A stretch of DNA of 64,000 bases, from the NCBI GenBank assembly GCA_965603825.1, contig CBFDEM010000001.1, forward strand, positions 1 to 64,000, given 5' to 3'. This DNA is from Blepharisma stoltei ATCC 30299 (lineage: Eukaryota > Protista > Ciliophora). The translations under genes were made by a program, and so were the position numbers. Position 1 is the first letter of the stretch. Every line of letters begins with the position of its first letter. This document shows, in pieces, positions 13,025-27,719 of this stretch. The notes under the pieces were generated by a model. It had not been told where the DNA came from and searched no databases. It saw nothing but the letters and a program-made list of their open reading frames with translations.

Positions 13025-15956
13025 GATTTATTTATAGGAAAAGCAATTCAAGCCAGTGGAATAAAAAATCTTGTGCTATTAAATAGAGGGGAAAGCGCTG
13101 AATTGCTATTAAAAAGTTTAGTAGAGCAAAGTTTGCTTTCTCTTGGAACTGGAGTTGTTGTTGGAAGCGAAGGTTCGTGAAGTTTAAATGGAAACGGAGT
13201 TATTGCTTATGTAGAATCAGGATTAGAAAGTGCTGACAGCAATTTCAATACTCTTATGAAGGTTTAGCATTCATAAAATTCCTGAATCTAATGATTAACT
13301 TTTCTTCAAAGCCTGACCCTTTTGACTTACTCGAATTTTTAAATACAAAAACAGTCAATCACTATCCTATCTCCAATTTTATGCTTCTCAATACAGTAAA
13401 TAACATAAATGCTGCAGTCGGAAATATTTTTAATGGAAATTTGACTATACTTAATTCTCTTACCTTTCCAGGAAATTCTCCAAATATTCCGAACTCTCCA
13501 ACGACTGCAGTCAATATATGAATGGCAAGTGGAAACACAAATTGGATGTCATCTCCTGATGTTGTAGTGCATGAACTAGCAATTGCGGAAACGTTTGCCC
13601 TGAACTATTGGAAAAGTACACATGCTTTAGAAGGTTTTGAAATAACAGTAACTAACACTGATTGTGGGGCGTCTGAATACAATGCTACCTATGGGTATTT
13701 CTGCTTTTATAATTTACTTGCTACTCCTGGCGTTGGCTATTTATCATCACCATACCCGTACATAGACTTGCCTACATCTATACATTGAGAAGTTTAAACG
13801 TTTCTATATCCCAGATTTCTCAATACGCTCCTTTTGCAAGTTTGGAAAACCAAACAAACTTCCCTGAGTTTATGAGAGTTGCAAGAAGTGATAAGTACAA
13901 CATACAAGTTATATTTAATCTCTGTGTGATTTTTAACTGAAAAAATATTATGGTTATATACGACGAAACAAGCTCTGATAGCTATGAGTATTTCGTTGCA
14001 ATGGCTAAACAATTTAATGTGGAAATTGTAAATAGTCCGAAATATAGATTGATTGACACTTACTACACAATGGATATGTACCAGGAGTGAAAATGGTGGT
14101 TTGAAGGCAATGTAAACTTAAAGGCTAGACTTGTGGTGCCTTTATTGATTCCTCCTTATGGCTTCTATGTAACTGAAAGTCTTTATGATACAGGAATGAG
14201 AAGAGGCGATATTATTGTCCTCTCTAATTCTCGTATTGCCTATTCTTTACAGTGACTAAATGACCCTATCCAAAATAAAAAAATAATTGAAATGTTTGAT
14301 GGAGCAGTTATCGCTACACATGAGTGAATTGGAGAATATGGAGAAATGCTAAAAAAGAGTTCAATAGGCATTATTCTAATTCAACAGATTTTCGTTGTTT
14401 AGCATTTGATTCTGCAATTCTTCTTTTAAATGGAATAAAATTTACTATACAGCAAGGGCAGAATACCAAAGATTTTCAATCCATGAATATCAACCTAAGG
14501 AAACAGAGGTTTGCAGGGTGTTCTGGACAGTGTCAATTGAACAAGGAAGTAGCCAAAGGCTCTTGCCTAGAATTGGGATTTACAACATAAGACTGGATAC
14601 TACGACTCAAAAATTATATGAAGTACTGGCAGCACAACTTTGATTTCTTTATTTAGTGAGATCCTCTGATTTGACTCTACTACTGTAGTGCCAACTGACT
14701 TTATAATATATGAAAATGGGTGTCCTTTCCCAAAAAAAGCAATTTCTCATTCAGAAAAAGGTTCTGGGGTGTTCTATGGAATTTCAGCTGCTTTTGTCGT
14801 CTTCACAGCTTTATATTGTTTTTGAATCTGGAACAAATGGTGGAAAAATATAAAAATTGAAAAATTAATAAATTCTTCGGCTGCTCAGTTTGAAGATTAT
14901 ATTCTCATGGCAGTCGTGGCAATTGACTTTTTTCAATTCATTAGTCAAGGTCCGGATATTGGCTGGCTATTTTTTTGGCTGTCTAGAATATGCTCTTATT
15001 CAATAACAAATTTTGATTATTCTGTTGGCAAAAGTAATTATTGGATTTATTTGTATACAGCCATGATAATTTCTTGCTATTGGGTTTTTTCAGCTTGCGC
15101 ATTGATTTTTAATTTAAATAAGCTTGATGGCTGGCTATTGAAGTATGTTAGAATTTTTGCTACTCTTTTGTTGCCTATAATTGGAAATATCGTATTTGTG
15201 CCTATGGTCTCAGTTTTTTTAAGTATTTTTCAATGCGATGAAGGAACCAGCAATCAAATATCTGATTCTTTTATAAGACATGATTGCACTACTTATTGCA
15301 GAAATCACAAATATATTTTATGAGCATTTTTTTCATTAATTTCGCTGATCATGTATATACCTCTGTCTATCTATTTTAGATATCATTATGAGAATAGTAA
15401 TGATCACATCAATATACGAACAAAACCAACTTTTATTTTACAAAAATCAGTTTTACAGATCAGTATCATTGCTATGAGCCAGACCATAAAAGTATATAGC
15501 CAATCCTTGCATGGTCTTTGCTGCAGCATACTTTTACTTATATTTATTTTATTATGCTTAAAGAACAGTCCTTATAATTATAGTCGCATGAATTTTTGGG
15601 CAGTTACTTCATATTTTGGAGTTTTATATAACTTTATTCTATCTTCAATTTATTGACTTACAGAATTTGAGTCCCAAGAATTATGACTTAGTCTTCAAAT
15701 CTTAGTTTGGGCTACCTTAGGGATATCTGGTATTTTAATCCAATGAAAACTGATTCCAAGCTTACTTTTGACAGCTCAGCCACCAGATATCGCGATTTTT
15801 TTTAGATTTTCATTGGGTGCTAGAGTCTCAGCTGCAGATATTAATAAACTGAAAAAAGAAATTGTCCAAATTAGTGACATGGGTGAAGAAAAATTGCCAA
15901 ATCTTAAAAGCCAAACCCGCTTTTCGATTGAAAAGGATGACCTAATTTCAGAATAA
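13025..15956 (+). pseudogene. 5'-truncated, frameshifted duplicate of the family 1 gene at 18611-22078
   Basis: Near-identical to 19127-22078. Indels near 13240, 13767, 14320, 14527 and 14628. No start codon or signal peptide. Confidence 0.92.
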
Positions 15957-16109
15957 AATTACTTTTAGTGATAACATTTATTAGTTTGTAATTTCCAAAT
16001 AATAATTATAATGCGAATATAAGCACTTCTACTCATTTTGATTATCTTATTTTCAAATAGTATAAGAAAAATCATTCTGAGTATTTATAATTTATTTAAT
16101 GATTCCTTA
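13025..16109 (+). repeat. Direct segmental duplication, partner 19127-22231
   Basis: Identity continues ~150 bp past the stop codon and ends at ...TTAATGATTCCTTA in both copies. Confidence 0.92.
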
Positions 16110-16667
16110 ATCTTGATTACAAAGAAAAATTAAAATCTCTCCTTTTAAAGCATTTTTTTAAAATTAATTATTTTGCATTATATTGAAAAGTAGCCTAATA
16201 TTATTCATCTCATATAGTCTTTTTCAATTCAAATTATTTATTAGCATCTTTTATATGAACAGTAATTTTTTTGATTATGATATACTCAACAATTTATCTA
16301 TAAGTCTTGCTGTTCCTTGATCACATATAGCTAACTTTATATTGCCATAAATTTATTGAGGTCTGAGGTGTAAAAGTAAAGCTGTTTGCTTTTCTGCGAG
16401 CTCAATAATTTGAATTCTTTGTAATTAGCCTCCCTTTTATCGTTGATGAAGCCGATTTATTTATTTATTTGAACTAAATATCAATAGAAAATTCGAGTTT
16501 TCTAACTCTACCCTCAATCCTTGATTGCATCATCAAATTCATTGGGTTTAAAATTTTTTGGGTCACGTGTGGGTTTCATGATTACTTTATCAAAGCGCTC
16601 AACCAAAGGTCTAATTTCCTGATTTTTTGGCAAATTTTATGATCTTCTCGTTTGGTCATGGCTCAAA

Positions 16668-17185
16668 AAATTTGATACCATGGTATTTTGGTTTTAATGC
16701 AATACTCAGTCTGGCTTTTCTTGACAGTAGCTGGAATGATAACTCAATAAAAATGGCATCCTATTTGATTATTAACTGATAAGGTAGAGATATAGCATAT
16801 TTCTTTACGTTTCAAATGGGAAGACAGGCATCTGTAAAGAAATTAACAAAATGAAAGGGGAGATTGAAGAAAATATAGATAAATAGCTGTAAATATTGAC
16901 GATCAATCTATTTCTTCAAGCTCAAGATTGAATGTACTGTTAGATTTTGTTAGCTGAAGGAATTTTAATTATATTTAAAATCAATAAATTTTCAGTTAAA
17001 TTAATTATAGATTTAAGATTTTACTTTTAATTTAGGTAGCATGCCATTTGGCTTCGTTTTTTTAATCTTATTTTAATATATTCCAGATTTGATTAATTCT
17101 ATCATTTATTGGTTTTTTAGTGTTAATTCTAAACTATTCTTTATCAAATAATCTTGTCTTGTAGCAGTTATTATATTTAGCATTT
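16668..17185 (+). repeat. Older duplicated segment (family 1 3'-end relic plus flank), partner ~22776-23327
   Basis: Shared blocks AAAATTTGATACC..GGTATTTTGG, TTTCAAATGGGAAGACAG, CTTCAAGCTCAAGATT and ATATTCCAGATTTGATTAATT, with many substitutions. Confidence 0.8.
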
Positions 17186-17264
17186 ATGTTAAGCAATTAG
17201 AGTTTTGGCTTCAGCTTTAAGCAGCGGTTCCTAAGAACTTAGAATCAGAAAAAGCAAACTATAG

Positions 17265-17783
17265 ATTTCCTACATTAACATAAAATCAAAGCCCCTTTTT
17301 ATTATAGAAAAAACTATTATCCAGCTTCTCATCGTTGTTTGAATAAAACTTCAAAACCCTTTGATGAGTCTTTGCATGGTCTTTTCTGCATCATCATTTT
17401 TGTATTAATACTTTTTTTATGCTTCAAGCAAAGCATTAAAATTATCAGAGGGCAAATCTTTGGCTGGCTATTTCATATATAGCTATTTTATGGAATTATT
17501 TTTCTTTATTGACTACACGTTTTACTCTCAAATGTTATGGCTTGTGCTTCAATTCTCAGTGTGGTATCTCTTAGCAGCAGTTGGTATTACCATTCAGTGT
17601 AAGCGATTTCCAAGCTTATTACTTGCTGATAAAGTCGTCGACATAACCATTTTTTAAAAATTTTCAATGGGAATCAAATTAGTGAGATGGAACTTGTAAA
17701 AGCTTAAAAAAATATATAGAAAACAAAGAAGAAGGTTCTGAGAATTTATCACATTCATCTCAAGATAATATTTTTAAGAATAA
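17265..17783 (+). pseudogene. Family 1 C-terminal fragment
   Basis: Decayed versions of PxFIIEK, DESLHGL, QCKRFPSLLLADKVVDI and the tail. Confidence 0.75.
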
Positions 17784-18610
17784 TTATTAAATATAAAGTA
17801 ATTTTTATTATCAATTTCATTCTAGTTTAAAATATTTAGCTGATAGCTTGAGCAAATTGAATTTTGGCTTATACTAATTTCGAATATCGTTTGCTTATTA
17901 GTTTCAAATAAATTAAATAATTTCATGTAAATAATTTCTTGATTAGTTATTATAATTTAAAGCGTATCTGCTCCCGTCTTGGCTAGCTTGAATATAATTT
18001 CTATTAACAAAAAATTTATTAAAAGAAGATTTGAGGAGCCGATTGTCTGTAGTGAATCAATAAAAAAACAAATAAGACTATAGCTTGTATATTTATCGAC
18101 TGATTAATAAAATTGGTATAAATTCTTTTTTCTTATCCTTAGAAAGTGCTAAATTTTAAATATTGTTAGGCAGATAGTTAATAAAAATCGAAAAGCAGAC
18201 ACTTTTTGATATAATTAATTTTGAAGTATTAAAGTATACAAACAATCGAATTTATGACACTTGTAAATAATTTATGAACGATATTTCCCCTTTCCATTTT
18301 ATTGAAAGTTCTAAATTTTATTCGCTGGCTAATAAGTATAAAGTCCTAGGTAGGTTATTACGAAAGGCAATATCGAATTGATTTCATATCACAAAATTTA
18401 ACTTTCTTAAACACCTAATTGAGCTTGTCAAATGCAAAATGAATCTAAAGATTTTTGGCTATCCAATAGGCATCCTAATAATGATTTAATATATAAATTT
18501 TCTAAAATAATTTATTTAATCAAGAAATCCTAATAAAAGCTAGATTGATAAAAATAACAAATAAATCTTGATATTTTTTCTTAAAGTAAGATTTAATATA
18601 AAAGTTAGCA

Positions 18611-21600
18611 ATGAAGATTTTGGTAATTTTGCTATTCATGATAGTCCTTTCTAATAGCCTATTGCTTATTGGCATCGTTTATAGTCCTTACACAAATACA
18701 GAACTCCCCTCGAATATTATTGCTTTGTTGGAAAATAGTTTTCAAGGTCAGTTTGAATTTTACCTAACCTGTGTTGAGACTTTTGAAGATGTTCTATTGG
18801 CTACAAACACCGCAGATATAATTTTTGATCTAACCTTTAGCACTTCACTTTTAGAATCCATCAAAAAGCTCGCTGAAGAGAAGCATTTTATAATCGCTTC
18901 AATCAATAAATCATCTGGCACTTTCTCAAATTGAGAATTTTTTATCCACGACTCATGAGAAAATCATCTTAAGGCTTTATCAAGCATTATTTCTTATTTT
19001 AATTGAGAAACTTTTATTGTGGTTTCTGATGAACGGCATGACGAAAATGATGGTTTTGATACATATTTTTCTGATAAAAATTATCAGTGATTCTTTTTTG
19101 CTAATAATAAGATTAAAAAATCATCGGACTTATTTATAGGAAAAGCAATTCAAGCCAGTGGAATAAAAAATCTTGTGCTATTAAATAGAGGGGAAAGCAC
19201 TAAATTACTATTACAAAGTTTAGTAGAGCAAAGTTTACTTTCTCTTGGAACTGGAGTTATTGTTGGAAGCGAAGGTGCGTGAGGTTTATATGGAAACGGG
19301 GTTATTGCTTATGTAGAATCAGGATTAGAAAGTGCTGACAGTTATTACTCTTATGAAGGTCTAGCATTCATAAAATTCCTGAATCTAATGATAAACTTTT
19401 CTTCAAAGCCTGACCCTTTTGACTTACTCGAATTTTTAAATTCAAAAACAGTCAATCACTATCCTATCTCCAATTTTATGCTTCTTAATACGGTAAATAA
19501 CATAAATGCTGCAGTCGGAAATATTTTTAATGGAAATTTGACTATACTTAATTCTCTTACCTTTCCAGGAAATTCTCCAAATATTCCGAACTCTCCAACG
19601 ACTGCAGTCAATATATGAATGGCAAGTGGAAACACAAATTGGATGTCATCTCCTGATGTTGTAGTGCATGAACTAGCAATTGCGGAAACGTTTGCCCTGA
19701 ACTATTGGAAAAGTACACATGCTTTAGAAGGCTTTGAAATAACAGTAACTAACACTGATTGTGGGGCATCTGAGTACAATGCTACCTATGGGTATTTCTG
19801 CTTTTATAATTTACTTGCTACTCCTGGCGTTGGCTATTTATCATCACCATACCCATACATAGACCTTGCCTACATCTATACATTGAGAAGTTTAAACGTT
19901 TCTATATCCCAGATTTCTCAATACGCTCCTTTTGCAAGTTTGGAAAACCAAACAAACTTCCCTGAGTTTATGAGAGTTGCAAGAAGTGATAAGTACAACA
20001 TACAAGTTATATTTAATCTCTGTGTGATTTTTAACTGAAAAAATATTATGGTTATATACGACGAAACCAGTTATGATAACTATGAGTATTTCGTGGCAAT
20101 GGCTAAACAATTTAATGTGGAAATTGTAAATAGTCCGAAATATAGATTGATTGACACTTACTACACAATGGATAAGTACCAGGAGTGAAAATGGTGGTTT
20201 GAAGGCAATGTAAACTTAAAGGCTAGACTTGTGGTGCCTTTATTGATTCCTCCTTATGGCTTCTATGTAGCTGAAAGTTTTTATGATACAGGAAAGAGAA
20301 GAGGTGATATTATTGTCCTCTCTAATGCTCGTATTGCCTATTCTTTAGAGTGATTAAATGACCCTATCCAAAATGAAAAGATAGTCGAAATTTTTGATGG
20401 AGCAGTTATCGCTTCACAAGCTGAGTGAATTGGAGAATATGGAGAAATGCTAAAAAAAGAGTTCAATAGGCATTATTCTAATTCAACAGATTTTCGTTGT
20501 TTAGCATTTGATTCTGCAATGCTTCTTTTAAATGGAATAAAATTTACTATACAACAAGGGCAGAATACCAAAGATTTTCAATCAATGAATAGCAACCTAA
20601 GGAAACAGAGGTTTACAGGATGTTCTGGAACAGTGTCAATTGAACAAGGAAGTAACCAAAGGCTCTTGCCTACAATTGGAATTTACAACATAAGACTGGA
20701 TACTACGACTCAAAAATTATATGAAGTACTTGTAGGACTTTATGATCCTGGCAGTACTACTTTGATTTCTTTATTTAGTGAGATCCTCTGATTTGACTCT
20801 ACTACTGTAGTGCCAACTGACTTTATAATATATGAAAATGGATGTCCTTTTCCAAAAAAAGCAATTTCTCATTCAGAAAAAGGTTCTGGGGTGTTCTATG
20901 GAATTTCAGCTGCTTTTGTCGTCTTCTCAGCTGTGTATTGTTTTTGAATCTGGAACAAATGGTGGAAAAATATAAAAATTGAAAAATTAATAAATTCTGC
21001 GGCTGCTCAGTTTGAAGATTATATTCTCATGGCAATCGTGGCAATTGACTTTTTTCAATTCATTAGTCAAGGTCCGGATATTGGCTGGCTATTTTTTTGG
21101 CTGTCTAGAATATGCTCTTATTCAATGGCAAATTTTGATTATTCTGTTGGCAAAAGTAATTATTGGATTTATTTGTATACAGCCATGATAATTTCTTGCT
21201 ATTGGGTTTTTTCAGCTTGCATATTGATTTTTAAGTTAAATAAGCTTAATGGTTGACTATTGAAGTATGTTAGAATTTTTGCTACTCTTTTATTGCTCAT
21301 AATTGGAAATATCATATTTGTGCCTATGGTCTCAGTTCTTTTAAGTATTTTTCAATGCGATGAAGGAACCAGCAATCAAATATCTGATTCTTTTATAAGA
21401 CATGATTGCACTACTTATTGCTGAAATCACAAATATATTTTATGAGCATTTTTTTCATTAATTTCGCTGATCATGTATATACCTCTGTCTATCTATTTTA
21501 GATATCATTATGAGAATAGTAATGATCACATCAATATACGAACAAAACCAACTTTTATTTTACAAAAATCAGTTTTACAGATCAGTATCATTGCTATGAG

Positions 21601-22078
21601 CCAGACCATAAAAGTATATAGCCAATCCTTGCATGGTCTTTGCTGCAGCATACTTTTACTTATATTTATTTTATTATGCTTAAAGAACAGTCCTTATAAT
21701 TATAGTCGCATGAATTTTTGGGCAGTTACTTCATATTTTGGAGTTTTATATAACTTTATTCTATCTTCAATTTATTGACTTACAGAATTTGAGTCCCAAG
21801 AATTATGACTTAGTCTTCAAATCTTAGTTTGGGCTACCTTAGGGATATCTGGTATTTTAATCCAATGAAAACTGATTCCAAGCTTACTTTTGACAGCTCA
21901 GCCACCAGATATCGCGATTTTTTTTAGATTTTCATTGGGTGCTAGAGTCTCAGCTGCAGATATTAATAAACTGAAAAAAGAAATTGTCCAAATTAGTGAC
22001 ATGGGTGAAGAAAAATTGCCAAATCTTAAAAGCCAAACCCGCTTTTCGATTGAAAAGGATGACCTAATTTCAGAATAA
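18611..22078 (+). CDS. Family 1 receptor-like protein, copy 2 (1,155 aa)
   Basis: All ORF-track fragments are in one frame, linked by TGA=Trp. Leader MKILVILLFMIVLSNS; same motif set; TAA stop. Confidence 0.9.
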
Positions 22079-22429
22079 AATTACTTTTAGTGATAACATT
22101 TATTAGTTTGTAATTTCCAAATAATAATTATAATGCGAATATAAGCACTTCTACTCATTTTGATTATCTTATTTTCAAATAGTATAAGAAAAATCATTCT
22201 GAGTATTTATAATTTATTTAATGATTCCTTATGAAATAAAGATCTATAAATACTCAAAGAAAAACCAAAAATAAGAATAAAATTTTCTTACTATATTCCA
22301 AAAATAGGCAAATCCATATAAAACTGGCTAGCTTTCTTTCCTTTTGCAATGTACTTCATCTTGGACATCAAATTTTGTCTTCTTCACTGGTGAGCTTAAA
22401 AAAATTAATGTATAAAACCGATATAGAAG

Positions 22430-23050
22430 CAATAAATATGCTTTATGAGCAGCCTTCTCAGTAATTTGTTAATAATTTCGATCCCTTCAATTTATTTCAA
22501 AAATTATTATGAAAGGATTTACAGCTATATCAATATAAAAACAAAGCCAATTTTTATTATGGGAAAATCATGATTCCAAGTTATTATATTTGCAATGAAT
22601 AAGAATATAAAAATTTATAATGAAGCCTTGATGGTCTTTGTTGCACTCTTCTTATCATCCTAATTTCTTTATGCTTAAAAATAAGCATTATAATTATAAC
22701 AGCAAAAACTTTTGGTTATTATTTCATATATAGCGATTTTATGAAATTTATTTATCATCATTTTATTTGCTCACAAAATTTGATACCTGGGTATTTTGGT
22801 TTTTAATGTAGTTCTGTTTGGCTTTTATCGACAGTAGCTGGGATGATAATTTAATGAAAATGGCCTACTAGTTTATTATTTACTAATAGGGAAGTAGATA
22901 TAGCATACTTCTTTACATTTCAAATGGGAAGACAGATATCTGCTAAAGAAATTAAGAAAAAAAAGGAAAATTAAAGAAAATAAAGATTTAGGCATTAAAA
23001 TAACTGTAAATATTGACGACAAATCTATTGCTTCAAGCTCAAGATTAAAT
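22430..23050 (+). pseudogene. Family 1 C-terminal fragment
   Basis: Decayed INIKTKPIFIMGK, YNEAL..GLCC, YNYN and VDIAYFFTFQMG motifs with stops and indels. Confidence 0.75.
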
Positions 23051-23921
23051 ATACTGTCAGATTTTGTTAGCTAAAGAAATTTTAATCATTTTTTGGTTTA
23101 GATCAATAGTTAACCAATTAGTTTTACAAAATCTTTCAGTTAAATTAATTATAGGTTTAGATTTTACTTCAAATTTAGGTAGCTTGCCACTTAGCTTCGT
23201 TTCTTTAATCCTATTTTAAGATATTCCAGATTTGATTAATTTTATCATTTATTAGGTTATTAGGGGCTTAATTCTAAACTCGTCTTTATAAATAGCCTTG
23301 CCTTGTCGCAGCTATTATATTTAGCATCTAATGCTGATTAGTTATAGCTTTGGTCTTCATTGACTTAGGAATATAAGCAGCTACATTAAATTTTTCATTC
23401 TTCGATATATAGCTATATTAATGTTTTATCCATAGCACCTTGCATAAAGCTAGGAGTTTCAAAGATTATGTTTAGCTCTTAAGAACTTAATGAATATGAG
23501 AACCATTCAGAATTCCTAGCTTTTATAAACATTTCTAAATGACAGGAAGGCTTTGTGATTCTTCAATCTTGCTTTTAATGGTATTTGAATAGACTTAAAG
23601 CAAAATCAAAGCCTAAATTGATTACATTAAAAAAGGACGCTATTTTTATAAATAAATTCTTTCAGCACCATATAATTATTGTCTTTATCACAACAATAGA
23701 AAAGCAATATAATCTATCAAAACTCTATCCTTTTCGAATAAATAGACTTGATTTTAAACAAAGTAATAGTATATTAAAAAATTGTTGGATAGTTTATTAT
23801 AATTCTTTTGTTCACTAATTTATCTTTTTATACTTTATTCTCAAATTGATTATCTTGAAGGTATACAAGTTTTAAATAATACTTTCTTATATATCGCTCA
23901 TTTCTTTGGCTAATATAATTA

Positions 23922-26900
23922 ATGATTTTGGCTATATTGCTTATACATATAGCATCCTGCTTGCTACCAGTTTTTATTGCAATAAGCCAATATAGCAGTC
24001 AAAACATGATTAACCAAATTATTGACTCTTTCCAAAGTTCTGCTTTAAATTTCACAGAACTGAAAGTATCCAAAATAAGCCAGGAGGATCCTCTTGACAG
24101 CTTTATGGGAGAAAGCAAGATTATAATCGATGTCACTTGCAATCTCTTATTACAAGTAAAGCTTCCTGAAGCTGCAAAGTTAAATTCTTTTGTCCATATA
24201 ATAGTTCGAGAACCATTTGAAAAATTTTCTGATTGGGACTATTTTACGCTGTTTCCGATACAAGCTCACTACGAAGCTTTAAATAGTTTTTTACTTTATT
24301 TTAATTGGTATCAATATAATTTGATTCATAGTGATTCAGCGAATGCAATTAATCTCAGCAGTCTATTTTATAGAGATATAAATAAAAAGCAGGACTTCTG
24401 CTATTCAAATGATAGAAACGAGGATGCCGCTAATTATTTTATTGGGAAAGAGGTAAAAACTACAGGATTAAAAAATGCTGTTATTCTAAATGAAGGAGAA
24501 GGAGTAAAGAAGTTGATAAGGTCATTAGTAAAAAATAAAATTTACATTAAAAATGCAGGAATAGTATTATAAAGCAAAGGCATATGAGGGGCAGAAGAAG
24601 AAGGTCTTATCATTATAGTGCAAGAGAGTCTTGAATTTGTAAGAAATTCAGATGAATATGAAATTGCTTCAGTTTTAAGTTTTCTTGAAAAAATATATAT
24701 GCTATCAGAATCAAACTTTGTAATTAAAAAATACTTAGAATCAGAAAGAGCAAACTATAGATTTTCTATTGTCAATATTCAAAATGGCAAGAGAGTAATA
24801 ATTGGAACAATTTTTAATGGTCAAGTTAATCTATTCAAAACTCCACTACTTCCAGGAAATGCATATGATTTTCCTGATTCAAGCAATTCAAAGATAAAAA
24901 TATCAATTTCTGATGGCATTGCAAACTATGATGGGGTTATTCACAGAGGCACTTGAATTATAAGGATTCCAACGCTATACGCAATCAATTATGCGAACAA
25001 AACAAACCTAATTAAAAATTTTTCATTAGAACTGCATGAAACTGATTGCAGTGCAGAGTATTATGAGCACGATTTTTCATATAACTGCTTTTTAAAGCAG
25101 AAAGTAAACTTTGGAGTCGTTTTTATACCTTCAATTCATGATGAAGTATACTTAGGGACTATTAGTGATTTCAGAGAAATGGGATTAAAAATTCCCGTAC
25201 TTGGGGATTTTTGTCTTTATCCTGCTCTTAATGACCAAATTCAATTCCCTGAATTTGCCCGGGTGGTAAAAGGTTTTGAGCTCCATTCCACCACAATGAG
25301 GATTTTCGGTTGGAAAAATGTGGTTGTCATGTATGAAAACACGACCTTAGGAATTACCCTATACAAAGGGTTTATGAATGTAGCAAATGTAAATGGGATA
25401 AAAGTCCTAAATGATGAAGATAAGAGGATGGTCAAGGCTTCTTATTCTCTTAAAGATTTTGAAGAATATAAAGGCTATCTTACCCATGCGATCCAAACAA
25501 ATGGAAGAATATTTGCCCTTTTCGTATTTGTTGATCTTTCGAGCCATTTCTATTTAACATCCCACTTATATGATTTAGGATTGAGAAGGGGGGATGCTAT
25601 TTTTTTGTTGTACCAGACTGTTTCGTGGTTTCCCTACTATGCAGTTGGCTTAGAAGCAGAAGTTATTTCTAAATGTGAAGAGTTATATTATGGATCACTA
25701 ACTTTTTTCCAAGCTGAGTGGGTTGGAGATTTTGGGAAGCAAGCTTATGAAGGCATCAAAAAGTAATGGGGTAATTCTCCTGTGTCTTATCATTGCCACG
25801 CTTTTAACACTGGGTGGCTAGCTATAAATGCGATTAATACTTTAATCCAGTTTGGAGAGGACTACACAGACCGTGACACTCTTTTAAGATCAATCAGGAG
25901 GCAAAAGATCATCAGCTGATCTGGAAAATTGGTAATGTCACCTAGTGCAAATGAATCTGAAGAAATGATCGTGGGCATTAGCAACCTGATATCTAATTCT
26001 ACAACTGGGTTATGGGAAGATTTTCCAGTCGGATCTTATTCAATTGTGAGAAATCCAGTGCTGACTTTTGACCAAAATATTATTTGGCCTGATGGTGGAA
26101 CTCAACCTTCTACTGATATCAGAATAAATTGGCTTAATTGCCCATTTTCCTATAGGCAGATTCAAGACTCTGACAAAGGGGAAGCTATATATTATAGTAT
26201 CATTGCATTTTGGACTGCTTTAGGTTTGGCAACATCATTAATTTATATATCAAAGTATTGGAGCTTATCGTTTCCTATCATTCAGGATAAGAGGGAAATA
26301 AAATTCCGAGATTGATTAGCTGTTTTTAGCTTATTGATAGAGACCTTACAGCTTTTAGCTTTAAGTCCTGAATTTATTCATTCAAAAATTTCTAATGGTT
26401 TTGATTATATATCAGGAAATTTAGCAAATACCACAACATATTACAGTAAAATTTTCTGACCAGGAATTTATACAGCCTTAATAGTCTGCTTGGTGATGCT
26501 AATTTTTAATCTGTTATTAATTTTTAAAATTGAAGAGAAAAGCAGACTCTCTTTTTTAGTAGTAGCTTGCGGGATTGCAAAAGAGCTGCTGCCACATATT
26601 AGCAACTTATTTTTCATCTCTGTCATAAATTCTCTGTTTTCTCTATTCAGATGCACAAAAGGAACAAGCCTGAATGTCCTTGACTCATTTTTATATGGCG
26701 ACTGCAATTATTTCTGCTGAAAAGATTTACACTTACTTTTTGCAGTTCTTGCTTTAATTTCCTTGCCTTTTTTTATTCCTAGTGCAATCTTATGGAGACC
26801 TTATTATGAATCTCTTAGCTCTGATAAAAATATTTATTGCAATGAGCATTATTTAATCGCAAAAAGCATCATTCAAATAGTTGCGATTACTTTAAAATCA

Positions 26901-27344
26901 ACTATAGGGAATTACAGTAACTCCTTGTATAGTCTTTTATATATTTTCTGTCTCACACTTTTTTTAGCTTACTCCATTTTCTATAAACCTTACAATTATA
27001 ATAGAATGAACTTATGAGCCCTACTTTCAATTCTGGCAGTAATGTGAAGCTCAATTTTATCATCTATTTATTCATTAGCTAACAGCAGCATCTTTATATG
27101 AGTACATTTATTAAGCTTCGGCTGACTATGCTTAGCTGTTTTTGGGTATGCTTTTCAGGAAAGATTTTATCCGAACTTTTTGTACTCCGTGCAAGGTAAG
27201 GATATCAGCTTGTTTTTCAGGTTTGAATTTTCAACAAAAATTAAGCCAGATGAAGTTTCTGAGGCTGTGAAGAATAAATATTCAGTGATAGACTCCAGCA
27301 GTCGATTTGATTCAGCTAATAAGGATTTGAGTTTTATAAGTTAG
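23922..27344 (+). pseudogene. Divergent full-length family 1 member (1,140 codons) with two in-frame TAA codons; young pseudogene or readthrough candidate
   Basis: One frame from ATG 23922 to TAG 27342 with no frameshift. TAA at 24570 and 25764. Motifs ETDCSA, FPEFARV, FGWK, QAEWVG, FRC..GDCNYFCW and KPYNYNRMN. Confidence 0.8.
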
Positions 27345-27719
27345 TTATAGCAAGTCAACATATTTATAACAATAGGTAAATAAATAAATTTGTGAAAATT
27401 AGAGCTTAACGATTATTTAAGATTATTTGAAGCTCTGCTATTTCAAATAAGTATTTTTAATCTAATCTTAGTTCGTTCAGCTGCCTCCTACTGTGTATCC
27501 CAGTCTCTCATTAGATCAGAGGATATTGGAATGTTCATCATGTTATGTGCCAAACAAGATTGAACTTACTGAAAATCCTAAAAACTAACTTTATTCAGCA
27601 TTATCCATGAGTCTTAGCTCGTTATTCCTTCAGGTAATTATTTCAGTTTTTCTTTAGTATCAATGGTAAAATTAATATTAAAAAAATCAATTTATTATAA
27701 AAGCTTTTTTTCAAGCAAT

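Noticed and set aside
24564-24579. Possible 16-nt intron GTATTATAAAGCAAAG removing the TAA at 24570
   Set aside because: Removal would shift the frame and delete residues that align with the paralog motif IVGSKG.
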